From IMG/VR virus record IMGVR_UViG_3300042197_000370: a stretch of 64,000 nucleotides of DNA; one strand, given 5' to 3'. Within the stretch, counting starts at the first letter, position 1. Each line of letters starts with the position of its first letter. The stretch is from a virus. Positions 27,166-36,763 of the stretch are shown here, in pieces. Under the pieces are notes generated by a model that saw nothing but the letters and a program-made list of their open reading frames with translations, did not search any database and had not been told where the DNA came from. The position numbers were made by a program, and so were the translations under genes.

Positions 27166-27763
27166 TATGCAACCCATACCACATTTGATGAATTTCGTTT
27201 GCGTAGTCATACAAATCTTCTAACTCAAAAAAATTTATTATTTTATAATAAAGCGATTTGTCTAATTTTGGAGTATACAGTGTTTTTCCTTCTACTATTA
27301 ATAATTCTTCATTTGGATTACATACAAAATCTGTTATACCTTTATTCTCATCTTCACAACGTTTAATGAAATCTTTAGGTGTAAACGTGTTTAGGGTAGG
27401 ATTAAATCTAACGTAGTGTTTTAAACAGTCTATTGGATCTAGTACTGAAGCCAATATTTTATGAGGACCAACTATATTTTTTGTTGCTACTTCCATCTTA
27501 TGAGATATTGTGATAATATGATCTAATTGACCACGATATCTCCATTCATACGCAATCCAATTAGAATGTGTCCGCTCTTTAGAGTACACATTTTCTTCTA
27601 TAAATTTTACTTTATCTTTACTATTCCATGGGAATGCTCTTTTGAATCCCATAAAACTATTTGCATTTAATAAACCTAAACTATTGTACTTTTGCGAAAG
27701 TAGTATTAACCAACGATAATGATTAGCAAAACCCCCTACTGGAGCACATATACTATGACGCAT
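27158..27763 (-). CDS. Tandem paralog 1 (HSxCA..GxFxNHxRWL family)
   Basis: Restarted at MRHSICAPVGG; shorter C-terminus. Confidence 0.78.
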   Translation of the reverse strand: MRHSICAPVGGFANHYRWLILLSQKYNSLGLLNANSFMGFKRAFPWNSKDKVKFIEENVYSKERTHSNWIAYEWRYRGQLDHIITISHKMEVATKNIVGPHKILASVLDPIDCLKHYVRFNPTLNTFTPKDFIKRCEDENKGITDFVCNPNEELLIVEGKTLYTPKLDKSLYYKIINFFELEDLYDYANEIHQMWYGLHNA

Positions 27764-28532
27764 TTTTTCTAATAATATCTTCTTCGATACAATTAATACC
27801 GTATTGAATTTCAATGACTTTCAAAGGTTCGTCAGTATCATTACATAACTGATGCCATTGATCTTTTGAAATGTGAAGATATTTATGTTCATCAAATTGA
27901 CCTAACTCATCAAATTCAGTTTTGACAGGATCGATAGTATTGACGGTTGCAGTACCGTGAGAAACAAACCAAAACTCACTACGCTCATTATGTTTTTGCA
28001 TACTTAGTTTTTGTCCAGGATTAACAGTTAATTCTTTAACTTTAACACTAGGACCATCTTGGTGAAGAACCCTATAATATCCCCAGTCACGTATAGTTTT
28101 AGGTGACTTCCATTCTTCTAATATCCAACTTGAACTGTTAGCCTTGTCTCCCCCACCTACACCAAACTTAAACGTTATATCCTTAACTACTGTTTCGGGA
28201 ATGTTCGTGACATTTCTATCGCCGCCGTTTGCAAATATAATATTTGCATAGGGGTAACTAATTTTTAATTCTTCTAATAATGATATTGCACTACCATCAC
28301 TATCGTCAAACGTTAATGTAGCATCTACATCTTTCAATGATCCCACTATCATTCTGCGTTCTTCAATGGGCATAAAGGCTCTACCTTTTTTACGGGTAAG
28401 CCATTCATCGCTATTAACGCCTACAATTAAACGATCACCTAATTGCCGTGCGGCGCTCAAATATTTTATGTGTCCACTATGTATTGGGTCAAAACCACCA
28501 GTACATACTACTATGTTTATTTGTTTTTCCAT
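27753..28532 (-). CDS. Cytidylyltransferase fused to a cupin (mannose-6-phosphate isomerase type II C-terminal-like)
   Basis: TGGFDPIHSGH HIGH motif, FANGGDR, then WGYYRVL...LSMQKH...RSEFW cupin; start MEKQ after an AGGA SD. Confidence 0.85.
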   Translation of the reverse strand: MEKQINIVVCTGGFDPIHSGHIKYLSAARQLGDRLIVGVNSDEWLTRKKGRAFMPIEERRMIVGSLKDVDATLTFDDSDGSAISLLEELKISYPYANIIFANGGDRNVTNIPETVVKDITFKFGVGGGDKANSSSWILEEWKSPKTIRDWGYYRVLHQDGPSVKVKELTVNPGQKLSMQKHNERSEFWFVSHGTATVNTIDPVKTEFDELGQFDEHKYLHISKDQWHQLCNDTDEPLKVIEIQYGINCIEEDIIRKNAS

Positions 28533-28711
28533 TAATTCCTTAATCCAACATAAAATAAAAAAAGTGCAAGTACTGCGAATATTGCATATGTCAACCAAGC
28601 GGGTGCGGGAGGCTTCTTAAGATGCGGGCACCTGCCTTGTTGAAAATCGCAATAGTACGGAAGCAACTCATCATTCATTTGCTTCCCGCAGTACTTGCAC
28701 CTCTCACTCAT
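28532..28711 (-). CDS. Small Cys-rich membrane-anchored protein (59 aa), not in ORF track
   Basis: MSERCKYCGKQMNDELLPYYCDFQQGRCPHL...AWLTYAIFAVLALFLFYVGLRN; ATGA and TAATG coupling. Confidence 0.7.
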   Translation of the reverse strand: MSERCKYCGKQMNDELLPYYCDFQQGRCPHLKKPPAPAWLTYAIFAVLALFLFYVGLRN

Positions 28712-28917
28712 GATGGTTTACGATCCATTTCCCAGTTGTCCTTAACAGGCTTTCCTGACAAGAACTTGTTGAACTGCCTATAAGTATGGCTCCTATTACT
28801 ATATAGGTCCTTCTCATCAAATACATATCCATAATCCTTACAGAACTCCAAGAACTTTTCCAAATCCTCAAAAATCTGCTTGACGCGGGGGTTATGCTTG
28901 ACTTCATGCTTTGCCAT
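28708..28917 (-). CDS. Conserved hypothetical phage protein
   Basis: 69 aa ORF with AAGGAG SD. Confidence 0.8.
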   Translation of the reverse strand: MAKHEVKHNPRVKQIFEDLEKFLEFCKDYGYVFDEKDLYSNRSHTYRQFNKFLSGKPVKDNWEMDRKPS

Positions 28918-28930
28918 TGTAATTTCTCCT

Positions 28931-29395
28931 TTAGATGGCTAGTGATTGATATGGTTTATGTGTATCGTATTGTGTCGTAGCACCGTTTTCTCCGTCTTCG
29001 GATACTGTGATTTCAATATCACGATTGGGATATCTCAGTGCTATTTGTAAGTATAGATCATCGCTGATCATTTCGCAACTCTTATGGTTCAATTCAAGTG
29101 TGCCTTCACTGTAAAGTTTTTCCAACCAACGTTTGAACTGAATGAATTCAATATCACGGTCGTCATGAAATACTTGAATGGCTACATTGAAATGAAAGAT
29201 GTGTCGATGTGGATACCCCAAAAAACTAACATCATATTCATCGTTAGTTGCTAGTTTAGGATCAGATGTTGCCGCTGGATATCGGTGTATACCTTCTTTT
29301 CGAAAGGTCACCCATATCATTTTTTTCGCATTCTTCATAATTCTACTTGTTTTCTCTACCAGAGCCTGTTCACGTTGTTGCATAATACCCCTCAT
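28931..29395 (-). CDS. dpdL: T-fold protein with LxxxHRHxF motif (DpdL-like, putative CDG decarboxylase)
   Basis: FLGYPHRHIFHF, DRDIEFIQFK, SCEMI, VSEDGENG; lies in the folE/queD/queE/TGT cluster. Confidence 0.65.
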   Translation of the reverse strand: MRGIMQQREQALVEKTSRIMKNAKKMIWVTFRKEGIHRYPAATSDPKLATNDEYDVSFLGYPHRHIFHFNVAIQVFHDDRDIEFIQFKRWLEKLYSEGTLELNHKSCEMISDDLYLQIALRYPNRDIEITVSEDGENGATTQYDTHKPYQSLAI

Positions 29396-29433
29396 TTAAA
29401 TAAATTTTTACTAGTTAAAAACGGAAATAGTCA

Positions 29434-29646
29434 TTAATACGTTCTATTTAATGTAGCCCAAGTTAGCCATTGATGGAAAGCATTATATACCTTTTCTGCT
29501 TCTTTTTCGTCTTGTTCGATTTTAACTCCACGAACATAGAAACCATCTTTTGCTACACGTAACATTTCTGTAGTATTAGAGTTTAAAGAAATCGAACTAG
29601 GATTATCTTCTCTAACATCATAGATAGTATTATCGTTCATCATCAA
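29434..29646 (-). CDS. Hypothetical protein
   Basis: 70 aa ORF. Confidence 0.65.
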   Translation of the reverse strand: MMMNDNTIYDVREDNPSSISLNSNTTEMLRVAKDGFYVRGVKIEQDEKEAEKVYNAFHQWLTWATLNRTY

Positions 29647-29830
29647 AATTAACTCGCTCGTGGTCTTCTTCCCACTGAAGTTTTCTCAATCTACGCAACT
29701 CGTCAAAGTACTTTGCCTGTTGCTCCTTTAACACATTTAATGATTCCTTATCACCTTCGTGACTATTAATCTTTTGTGTGGTTATTCTGTATGCTTCTTC
29801 AAGCGTTTTAATTCTACCATGATAAGACAT
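29630..29830 (-). CDS. Small coiled-coil protein
   Basis: Restarted at MSYHGRIK. Confidence 0.7.
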   Translation of the reverse strand: MSYHGRIKTLEEAYRITTQKINSHEGDKESLNVLKEQQAKYFDELRRLRKLQWEEDHERVNFDDER

Positions 29831-29831
29831 A

Positions 29832-30434
29832 TTAGGTCTCCTTATACATTTGATTGAAATGTTCAATTACTAAATCATCTTTTAAATTATACAACCAAGC
29901 ATTTGCTTGCTTCCATTCTTCAAAATATGATACATCCAAATCATTTTCCTTAACAAATTTTCCATCTACTATATCACTAAATTCTATATTGGTACAATCT
30001 TTATGGCTAGTGAATGCGTCTTTTAATAATCTCATGTTTCCAATTAAAGACCCTATCCTTTTATTAATATCAGGTTCTTTAATTAGTTCAATATTGTATA
30101 TTCTAATTATGCGATATAGTTTGCTTAATCTAGTTTCATCAGTTATACAAATTACACGTTCAAAGTCTGATAAATTTGGTACTACTGAAGGATGAATATG
30201 AGTTCCGTACCACATACCTTTAGTCCATTCTTGTGTGTTATAATAAGAAAATAATCTATCCCATTCTTTTCTGTCAAAGGTTCGCTGAACTAGTATTCCG
30301 TTATTTCCAATTTTAAAAAAACTATGTTCCTGCGAAGCGGCTATTGTTCCATCTACTATTTTATTCTTTTTATTATTTAACAAATCGCAAACTAAACCGC
30401 CCCCGCAGTAGTTAGGAAAACATACTAAATTCAT
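29832..30434 (-). CDS. Hypothetical protein, weak sulfotransferase/P-loop-like N-terminus
   Basis: Restarted at MNLVCFPNYCGGGLVCDLL. Confidence 0.65.
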   Translation of the reverse strand: MNLVCFPNYCGGGLVCDLLNNKKNKIVDGTIAASQEHSFFKIGNNGILVQRTFDRKEWDRLFSYYNTQEWTKGMWYGTHIHPSVVPNLSDFERVICITDETRLSKLYRIIRIYNIELIKEPDINKRIGSLIGNMRLLKDAFTSHKDCTNIEFSDIVDGKFVKENDLDVSYFEEWKQANAWLYNLKDDLVIEHFNQMYKET

Positions 30435-30435
30435 T

Positions 30436-31968
30436 CTATGCCAAAGCACTCATCATAGCGTCATCGCTATCTTCAATAGCCTCATCTACTTCAGGATCAG
30501 AATCTTGCTCTTCAAACAGTTGATTAAACATAGTTAATGCATTGACTGACTTCTTGCCACTATATCCTTGCCCAGCCTTCATTTGAGTCCAAAATCTACT
30601 ATGCTCTTCAATTAGGTCTAAACTTTTTTGACGGTCCTTTAATGAAAATATTTCATCTACAATTTCACCAAAACTAATATCTTCAAAGCGATCCAATACC
30701 ATAGCAGGCTTAGTACCTTGTTCATATCTACGATTTGCCTCTTGTACAGCAACAATATGTTGATATACGTTGTGTGCTTGCAACAATGTATAACTTAGTG
30801 TGTCCCAACTTGTTTTAGTTTCTTTACCATGCTGACCTAAGAAGCCTGGACCACGATAGCACAAGTCACGAACCATCATACGTTCAGTGATAGGACTATC
30901 ACTAAACATTCTATGTATATTGTCCTGCAACACAGCATCGCTAAACTTGCGAGTATCATTATGATATGATTTCTTTTCAGCAGTCTTTTCCATACTATAC
31001 GTCCACTTCTTATCATGCTCAATGGAAGTGTTATAGTATGCTAGACCTTTGGCAGCACTAAAGAAAGGGCTTGCGCAGTCAAAAGTAATCTGCAAGTTAG
31101 GATTATGATACTTGCGGACTGCACGTTGAATATCAGTAAACAATACTGCATATTCAAGAATCGATGTACCCAAACAATGTATAAGATCATGTTTGCCAGG
31201 TTCAAGCAAGCCATCATGAATGATGTTTACGATTCGTCTTAGCGTTAGGTGAATGTCAATCTTATTTTGACCCCCAAACGCCCAACCATTGAAATGATTG
31301 TCTGGATACACTTTTGGATCACAGTACTTTTTCATTTCGGCGTACCAATCGTCACTCTGCTTGTGATTCAAGCCCTGTAATACGTTTAAGAATTTACAGT
31401 TCCCGTTTCTATGCTTAATAAAATATTCGTTATTAATATGTGTAGCAAGTACAGCCTCATCGATTGTACTGATACCATGCTTATCTAACAAATGTTTATT
31501 ACGCAATGTTTGTGTTGGCACATCTAAACACATACCGTAATCCATGTATGTGTCCATCCATGTCAACACTAATTTTCTTTGTTTCAATGCTTTAGGGCAA
31601 TTAGGATTCTTCCAATCAGCAGGCCATTGACCTTTCATGATTTGAAATCCACCACTATCACCTAGCATAAACGTTCTACTTTCACGTTTACGAATAATAC
31701 TTTCAGCATGGTCATCAACTGTAGTATCTAAGTTGGCGTGACCAGCACTATACAAACCCCACTTATATTTGAATAATCCCTGCTTACTGTTTAAGAAGTT
31801 TAGACATTCAACGTCACCATTGAAGCCTGCAGGGATTCTTGCACTATCAAAATAGTTCTCCCCCTCACGTTGCTTGCCTAAGCCAGTGATGAAGAAACTA
31901 GACACTGCTGGTAAGAACAGTGCCCAATCAGGATTATGATTACTTGTGAGATTTTCTTTATCTATCAT
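30436..31968 (-). CDS. dpdA: tRNA-guanine transglycosylase-fold protein (DpdA-like deazaguanine enzyme)
   Basis: MLGDSGGFQ, MCLDVP, LNVLQG, GWAFGG, IHCLG, FDCASP and C-terminal AHNV correspond to TGT motifs. Confidence 0.75.
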   Translation of the reverse strand: MIDKENLTSNHNPDWALFLPAVSSFFITGLGKQREGENYFDSARIPAGFNGDVECLNFLNSKQGLFKYKWGLYSAGHANLDTTVDDHAESIIRKRESRTFMLGDSGGFQIMKGQWPADWKNPNCPKALKQRKLVLTWMDTYMDYGMCLDVPTQTLRNKHLLDKHGISTIDEAVLATHINNEYFIKHRNGNCKFLNVLQGLNHKQSDDWYAEMKKYCDPKVYPDNHFNGWAFGGQNKIDIHLTLRRIVNIIHDGLLEPGKHDLIHCLGTSILEYAVLFTDIQRAVRKYHNPNLQITFDCASPFFSAAKGLAYYNTSIEHDKKWTYSMEKTAEKKSYHNDTRKFSDAVLQDNIHRMFSDSPITERMMVRDLCYRGPGFLGQHGKETKTSWDTLSYTLLQAHNVYQHIVAVQEANRRYEQGTKPAMVLDRFEDISFGEIVDEIFSLKDRQKSLDLIEEHSRFWTQMKAGQGYSGKKSVNALTMFNQLFEEQDSDPEVDEAIEDSDDAMMSALA

Positions 31969-32363
31969 GGAGTTGTCTGTGGATGTACTCGTTGTTGCTC
32001 TGCTTCATTACCAGAACTTTTAAGTAATGTTTTTACCATAGTAATTTTATCATCAATGACTTTACGCTGATTCACTAAGTCTTTGATAGTAGGATTACGT
32101 TCTGATTCTGTCTGTAAATATTGTTCTTCCATTCGTTTAGCACGTGCCCATTCAAGTAAACTTTGTGTGTCATTATCTAAATCTATTTGGGCATGATTCA
32201 TACTTATGGTCATCCAACTACTACCATCATAGACCTCAAAGTTTTGATTATTACCATTATAACGCAACATTCCTGCGCTAGCATTACTCATGTTGACATA
32301 GGGGTAACTACTGTTACCACCCATAACAACAATGCCTCTACCGCTATTAATGTTTCTAATCAT
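31965..32363 (-). CDS. Hypothetical phage protein
   Basis: 132 aa ORF coupled to the clamp and dpdA. Confidence 0.75.
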   Translation of the reverse strand: MIRNINSGRGIVVMGGNSSYPYVNMSNASAGMLRYNGNNQNFEVYDGSSWMTISMNHAQIDLDNDTQSLLEWARAKRMEEQYLQTESERNPTIKDLVNQRKVIDDKITMVKTLLKSSGNEAEQQRVHPQTTP

Positions 32364-33082
32364 TTTGCTTGTGCCGGAAGAAGATACCGATATACTGCAA
32401 GTCCACTGTCAACAGTAACTTCGGCAGCACCCTGATCACTAATACGTACAGTTTTGTCACCTGGCAAGTCCATGATTGCTTGGAATACCTTAACAGGCCA
32501 CATCCAAGGACGATTCAATGCACCGCTGACTCCGGGATGAAATACAAAGTTACCACTGTGAGTGCTAGGTTCACCAAAGTAGATTTTCAAATCATTCTTA
32601 TCAGTCTTACATGTGAACTTATCTTCTTCACTGTTAGCACTTGCTTGCTTCTTAAAACGCTGAATACCTGCAACAGTAGGCTCAAACTCAACGTCCCACT
32701 TAGCACCCTTAAACTTAACGTCTTTTACCTTTTCTTCGATAATTGACTTACTCATCAATCGATAGTCATTAACAAAGTCACCGACTTTAGTTTCAAAGTG
32801 TACAGCAGTAGGAACATCATCCTTATTGCGTGTAACATTAATTACTGCATTATCATCATAATCATCAAAGCCTAAAATAGTTTTGAGTTTACCTAAGTTA
32901 GGCATACCAAACGTGCCGATGAAATCTGGCATAGGGGTTTTAGTAGTACCCATAACTACAACACTCTTATCTTCACTGACTGCGATAATCTGTGTTTCTT
33001 TGTCAGTGCCGTTGACTCTGATTAAGTCAATAACTCCTAGACCATGTGTATGTTGAATCAAATCCTGTAAATTGTCTTTCAT
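32360..33082 (-). CDS. DNA polymerase sliding clamp (gp45-like)
   Basis: About 240 aa alpha/beta protein next to PolB, ending DSGLAVYRYLLPA; restarted at MKDNLQD. Confidence 0.65.
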   Translation of the reverse strand: MKDNLQDLIQHTHGLGVIDLIRVNGTDKETQIIAVSEDKSVVVMGTTKTPMPDFIGTFGMPNLGKLKTILGFDDYDDNAVINVTRNKDDVPTAVHFETKVGDFVNDYRLMSKSIIEEKVKDVKFKGAKWDVEFEPTVAGIQRFKKQASANSEEDKFTCKTDKNDLKIYFGEPSTHSGNFVFHPGVSGALNRPWMWPVKVFQAIMDLPGDKTVRISDQGAAEVTVDSGLAVYRYLLPAQAK

Positions 33083-33124
33083 ATGTGTTCCTTTGTGTTT
33101 AATATTTAGGCGAGAATATTGTGT

Positions 33125-33153
33125 ATAATAATGGATTTTATTACGCTTGTCAA
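33125..33153 (-). promoter_or_regulatory. Sigma70-type promoter for the clamp-dpdA unit
   Basis: TTGACA (33153-33148), 17 nt, TATTAT (33130-33125). Confidence 0.7.
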
Positions 33154-33161
33154 TATCTAAT

Positions 33162-35870
33162 TTAACCAAATGAGAATAAATCATCAAACGTACTATTCGT
33201 ATCAGTATTGCTACGCAAATCCCAACCTAATACACCTAATAAGTTTTCAATCTTCTCGTCAACTAATGTGCGTTCCATTTCACTATCGTCAAATGGTAAG
33301 TCACAAAACCATTTAGGCAAGCGTAGTTCATCAGTTGGATATGCAATACTAGTGAAACCCAAAGCATTTGATTTGAGTTTACAAACAATGACTTTCATAC
33401 CATCAACCATTTTCATACTGTAATTGTCACCATTCACTCTACGTAAGTAGTTCCAATTCAATGCCGCACGTACATGCCCCGGCATGTTCGCTTTACCTGT
33501 CTTACTATTTTTTTCTAGTTCTTCGTAATAGGTTAACTTGTTTGCAGATTTAGGACTGCCCTTAGTCCAACTGTCTTGTTTACCAAGTTCTACTTTAAAT
33601 TCTTTAATTTTTTCAATAACATCATCACGTGTTTTACCTGCAAGAACCATTGACAATACTTCCATCAAAAACTCTTGCACATACTTGGGCGTGTCAGCAC
33701 GTTTCAAATCAAGACCCATAGCCTTGATATCACCCATTTTACCATTCACATCTTTGCGCTTGCCTTCTTTGTCATAGATGTTAATAGCATAGCGTTTCTT
33801 TGTAATGAATAGACTACGATCACCTACAAGTTCACGACCTGCTTTGATAATTTCGCCGTTCTTTCTTGGAGCATGAAATGCACGTTCCATAAATGCAGGG
33901 AAACTTTCATTTGCCTGTTCAGCAATAGCATCATAAAGTTGCACACATGCATCTTTATTCCACTCTAATTGTCCTTTTTCTATTTGTTCTTTTAATATCG
34001 GATACGCACTAAAGTAGCAACTATCAGTATCACCATATACGATAGTAGGACCTTCGTGATTGTACTCACCCGCAACTGTTTCATTGATGGTACTCATCAT
34101 GTGTCGCACAATCTGTCGGCCCGACAATGTAACACTTTGACCAATACGCTTATCATAGAAACGGCAATGTTCGTTTAACAATGCGCCATATGCAGAGTTA
34201 AGCAAAATCTTTCTAACAAGTTGTCGCTTATCATAGTACTCAAACATATCAGTACCATATGCTTCCTTAGCCTGCTTTTGAATTGATTTACGTTCTGTAT
34301 ACCAACGTGTAAGTAGACCGGGAATCACACCTTCTTGGTCACATCTAAAGATAGTACCATTAGCACTTAAGATATATGGTTTATGACTGTCAAAAATTAG
34401 TTTCCATACTTCGGCGGCACTCATTTCCACACTGCGACCATCCTCATAGTCAACTGTAAGCATAGTACCACGTTCTTGGTTCATGATTGATGTGTATTCT
34501 AAACTACCAAACAATCCTTCCCATAGTACGCTACCAGTTACTTCGTCATCGTCTTTACTTCGTTTCTTTTCACTAGCCAACCGTCTCCCTTTGTCATGCA
34601 TGTATTGGTTGGTGAGTGACTGTCTGACTTGAGCAACGATTGTTTCGGGAGCCATGTTGAGGGCTCTAATAGCACTGGGGTAGAGCGAGTTGATATCCAC
34701 TGCCCCGACCCATTCGTGGATGCCCCTTTTGGGCGTAGCAACATAGGCACCTGCCGCTTGTTGTTCATCACTATGATTTTCCTTTCGTTTTTTGTCTGGA
34801 ACTACCAAACCTCTTTCATGAGCCTCGTTCATGATTGCCATTTCAATCATCGCAACAGACCCCATGACTGTGGGCAACAGCACTGTGTTTTCATGCGCAA
34901 GTGCATTTGCCAAATCTAAGAATTTTAATTTGTTATGAATCTTAACAAGCAACATAGTATCTTGTCGATTGTATTCAATAAAACGTTTGAAGTCTTTATT
35001 GTACAATTGATCAAGTGTGCCTTCATATTGTGTTTTGTTTTCACCGACTTCCATTTCACCAATGAAGTCAAGTTTGTAACTATGGCGACTCTCATAGTTG
35101 TACTTCTTATACAACTGCAAATAGTCCATATGAACACGACCAACTAAATCATACGTTGTTTCTTCTTTGCCGAAACGTTCATATGTTCTCGCCTTAGGCA
35201 TCTGCCCAAGCAAACAAAACTTGCGTGTATCGTCTTTACTCATAATGCGAGTAACACGATTAACCATATAGGGTATGTCATACCCTTCTGAGTTCCAACC
35301 AGTTAGTATGTCTGCATCTTCAATCAATTGAAAGAAGGTTTCAAACATTTCTATTTCACTACGGAACAATAAGCAGTTTTCAAACTGACTGCAAATCTCT
35401 TGCGCAGTTTCATTGCTCATATGTTTGGGAGGAATAACAAGCGTGATGAGTTGATCAAGCCAATCCAAGTACATAGAAATAGCCGTAACCGGATTGAACG
35501 GATCCGATGTTGGGCTAAAGCCTTTATCCGGATCAAAGTCTACCTCAATGTCAAAGAAACATGTATGGAGTTTTGGAGGCTCTACCTTTAGATAGTTTTC
35601 ACTAAGGCATCTGAATACCACATTGATATCAGACTCAAACAGTTTCTTATTCGCATGAATTCGTTTTTCTTTTTCAAACTCACCACGCTTGCGTGTACTA
35701 AAACGACTTACAGTATCGCCATACAAACTGCGATACTTGCCTTTAGGATCGCTATAGTAAAGCGTATAGTTGCAGGGATATTCTTTATACGTGCGCTTGC
35801 CTTCAGGAGTTCGTTCTACAACGAAAATCCTGTCACTATCTCGGTCATGTATTGCGTCAATATACGACAT
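33162..35870 (-). CDS. polB: Family B DNA polymerase with 3'-5' exonuclease
   Basis: FDIEV, WNSEGYD, YNRQD exo motifs; DINSLYPS, KILLNSAYG, YGDTDS, KKRY pol motifs; no intein. Confidence 0.96.
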   Translation of the reverse strand: MSYIDAIHDRDSDRIFVVERTPEGKRTYKEYPCNYTLYYSDPKGKYRSLYGDTVSRFSTRKRGEFEKEKRIHANKKLFESDINVVFRCLSENYLKVEPPKLHTCFFDIEVDFDPDKGFSPTSDPFNPVTAISMYLDWLDQLITLVIPPKHMSNETAQEICSQFENCLLFRSEIEMFETFFQLIEDADILTGWNSEGYDIPYMVNRVTRIMSKDDTRKFCLLGQMPKARTYERFGKEETTYDLVGRVHMDYLQLYKKYNYESRHSYKLDFIGEMEVGENKTQYEGTLDQLYNKDFKRFIEYNRQDTMLLVKIHNKLKFLDLANALAHENTVLLPTVMGSVAMIEMAIMNEAHERGLVVPDKKRKENHSDEQQAAGAYVATPKRGIHEWVGAVDINSLYPSAIRALNMAPETIVAQVRQSLTNQYMHDKGRRLASEKKRSKDDDEVTGSVLWEGLFGSLEYTSIMNQERGTMLTVDYEDGRSVEMSAAEVWKLIFDSHKPYILSANGTIFRCDQEGVIPGLLTRWYTERKSIQKQAKEAYGTDMFEYYDKRQLVRKILLNSAYGALLNEHCRFYDKRIGQSVTLSGRQIVRHMMSTINETVAGEYNHEGPTIVYGDTDSCYFSAYPILKEQIEKGQLEWNKDACVQLYDAIAEQANESFPAFMERAFHAPRKNGEIIKAGRELVGDRSLFITKKRYAINIYDKEGKRKDVNGKMGDIKAMGLDLKRADTPKYVQEFLMEVLSMVLAGKTRDDVIEKIKEFKVELGKQDSWTKGSPKSANKLTYYEELEKNSKTGKANMPGHVRAALNWNYLRRVNGDNYSMKMVDGMKVIVCKLKSNALGFTSIAYPTDELRLPKWFCDLPFDDSEMERTLVDEKIENLLGVLGWDLRSNTDTNSTFDDLFSFG

Positions 35871-36471
35871 TAAATCCCTTATTGTAAATTTGTTCTGCCA
35901 TGTCTTTATGTGACTCAGGTCCTGGATGAACCTTATCCGTTGCCTTGTCCAAATAATTCCATGATATATCTTGTATTATATCAGGAACTTCAATGTTGTA
36001 AAGTGTGTTTGGATGATTCAATTTATCTTCTAAAGCCATAATGGATATGTGTTTCATGCTTTTTTCTTTAAAATACAAACTAGCATGTTGCATGATTAAC
36101 CAATTACGCCTGGCTATATCTGTTCTATATTTGTCAGATAGAATTACAAAATTTCTGTAAGAACTATGATTCTGTGAAATTCTAAGACCTTCAGATGGTT
36201 CTAAAAACTTATAGAATTCTAGCCTGTCAAAATAACTCCACATTGTTATTACAGTGTCATCAGGTTCAAATTTAAAATTAAGGACATTTGAAAATATTTC
36301 TGTCTGTCCAGCCCCCGGATTTCCCTTGTTAACAACTTCTAAATTTAATTTAGATCCTAGTACACTGGGCCATGCTAAATTACTGGCTTTATATACTTCT
36401 CTATAGGGCCAATTATCAGACAATGCAAATCCAAACGTTAGTGAACAACCAAATGTAACTAATCGACTCAT
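35857..36471 (-). CDS. SGNH-like protein
   Basis: VTFGCSLTFG, NKGNPGAG, DKVHPG. Confidence 0.6.
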   Translation of the reverse strand: MSRLVTFGCSLTFGFALSDNWPYREVYKASNLAWPSVLGSKLNLEVVNKGNPGAGQTEIFSNVLNFKFEPDDTVITMWSYFDRLEFYKFLEPSEGLRISQNHSSYRNFVILSDKYRTDIARRNWLIMQHASLYFKEKSMKHISIMALEDKLNHPNTLYNIEVPDIIQDISWNYLDKATDKVHPGPESHKDMAEQIYNKGFNVVY

Positions 36472-36472
36472 A

Positions 36473-36763
36473 TTAATTATTCAATAATCTTACCAAACCA
36501 ATTGTATCAATTGCTGTAAGTAATAGATAATTGGCTAACATACCAAATGATTTACGGTTCCAAGCAGCCCATGCATACATTGAGCATCCTGCAATCCATA
36601 AGGGATAAAGAGCCAAAAACGGCACGTTAGGTACCGTAATGGCTACTACAAAGGAACAACCTATGCTGATTGCCCAAGCAAGAACTTCGATAACAAATCT
36701 TAAACGATTTGATACCCAATCTTCTTTAATCCACTGAAAGATACCAACTAGTATATCGTTCAC
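36473..36763 (-). CDS. Small 3-TM membrane protein
   Basis: Three hydrophobic segments. Confidence 0.75.
   Translation of the reverse strand: MNDILVGIFQWIKEDWVSNRLRFVIEVLAWAISIGCSFVVAITVPNVPFLALYPLWIAGCSMYAWAAWNRKSFGMLANYLLLTAIDTIGLVRLLNN

Noticed and set aside
28564-28700. Assignment as SRP RNA, 6S RNA or hammerhead ribozyme
   Set aside because: No SRP GNRA domain IV, no central 6S bubble in a single rod, and AUGAUGAG lacks the CUGANGA/GAAA core; kept only as an unassigned structure.
30436-31968. Ordinary queuine tRNA-ribosyltransferase (tgt) for tRNA queuosine
   Set aside because: Much longer than bacterial Tgt, lacks the CxCxxC zinc motif, no queA/queF/queG nearby, and lies in the replication unit with a DpdL-like gene; DNA-directed role preferred but unproven.
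33162-35870. Intein or intron in PolB
   Set aside because: Length and motif spacing are normal; no splicing or homing-endonuclease motifs.
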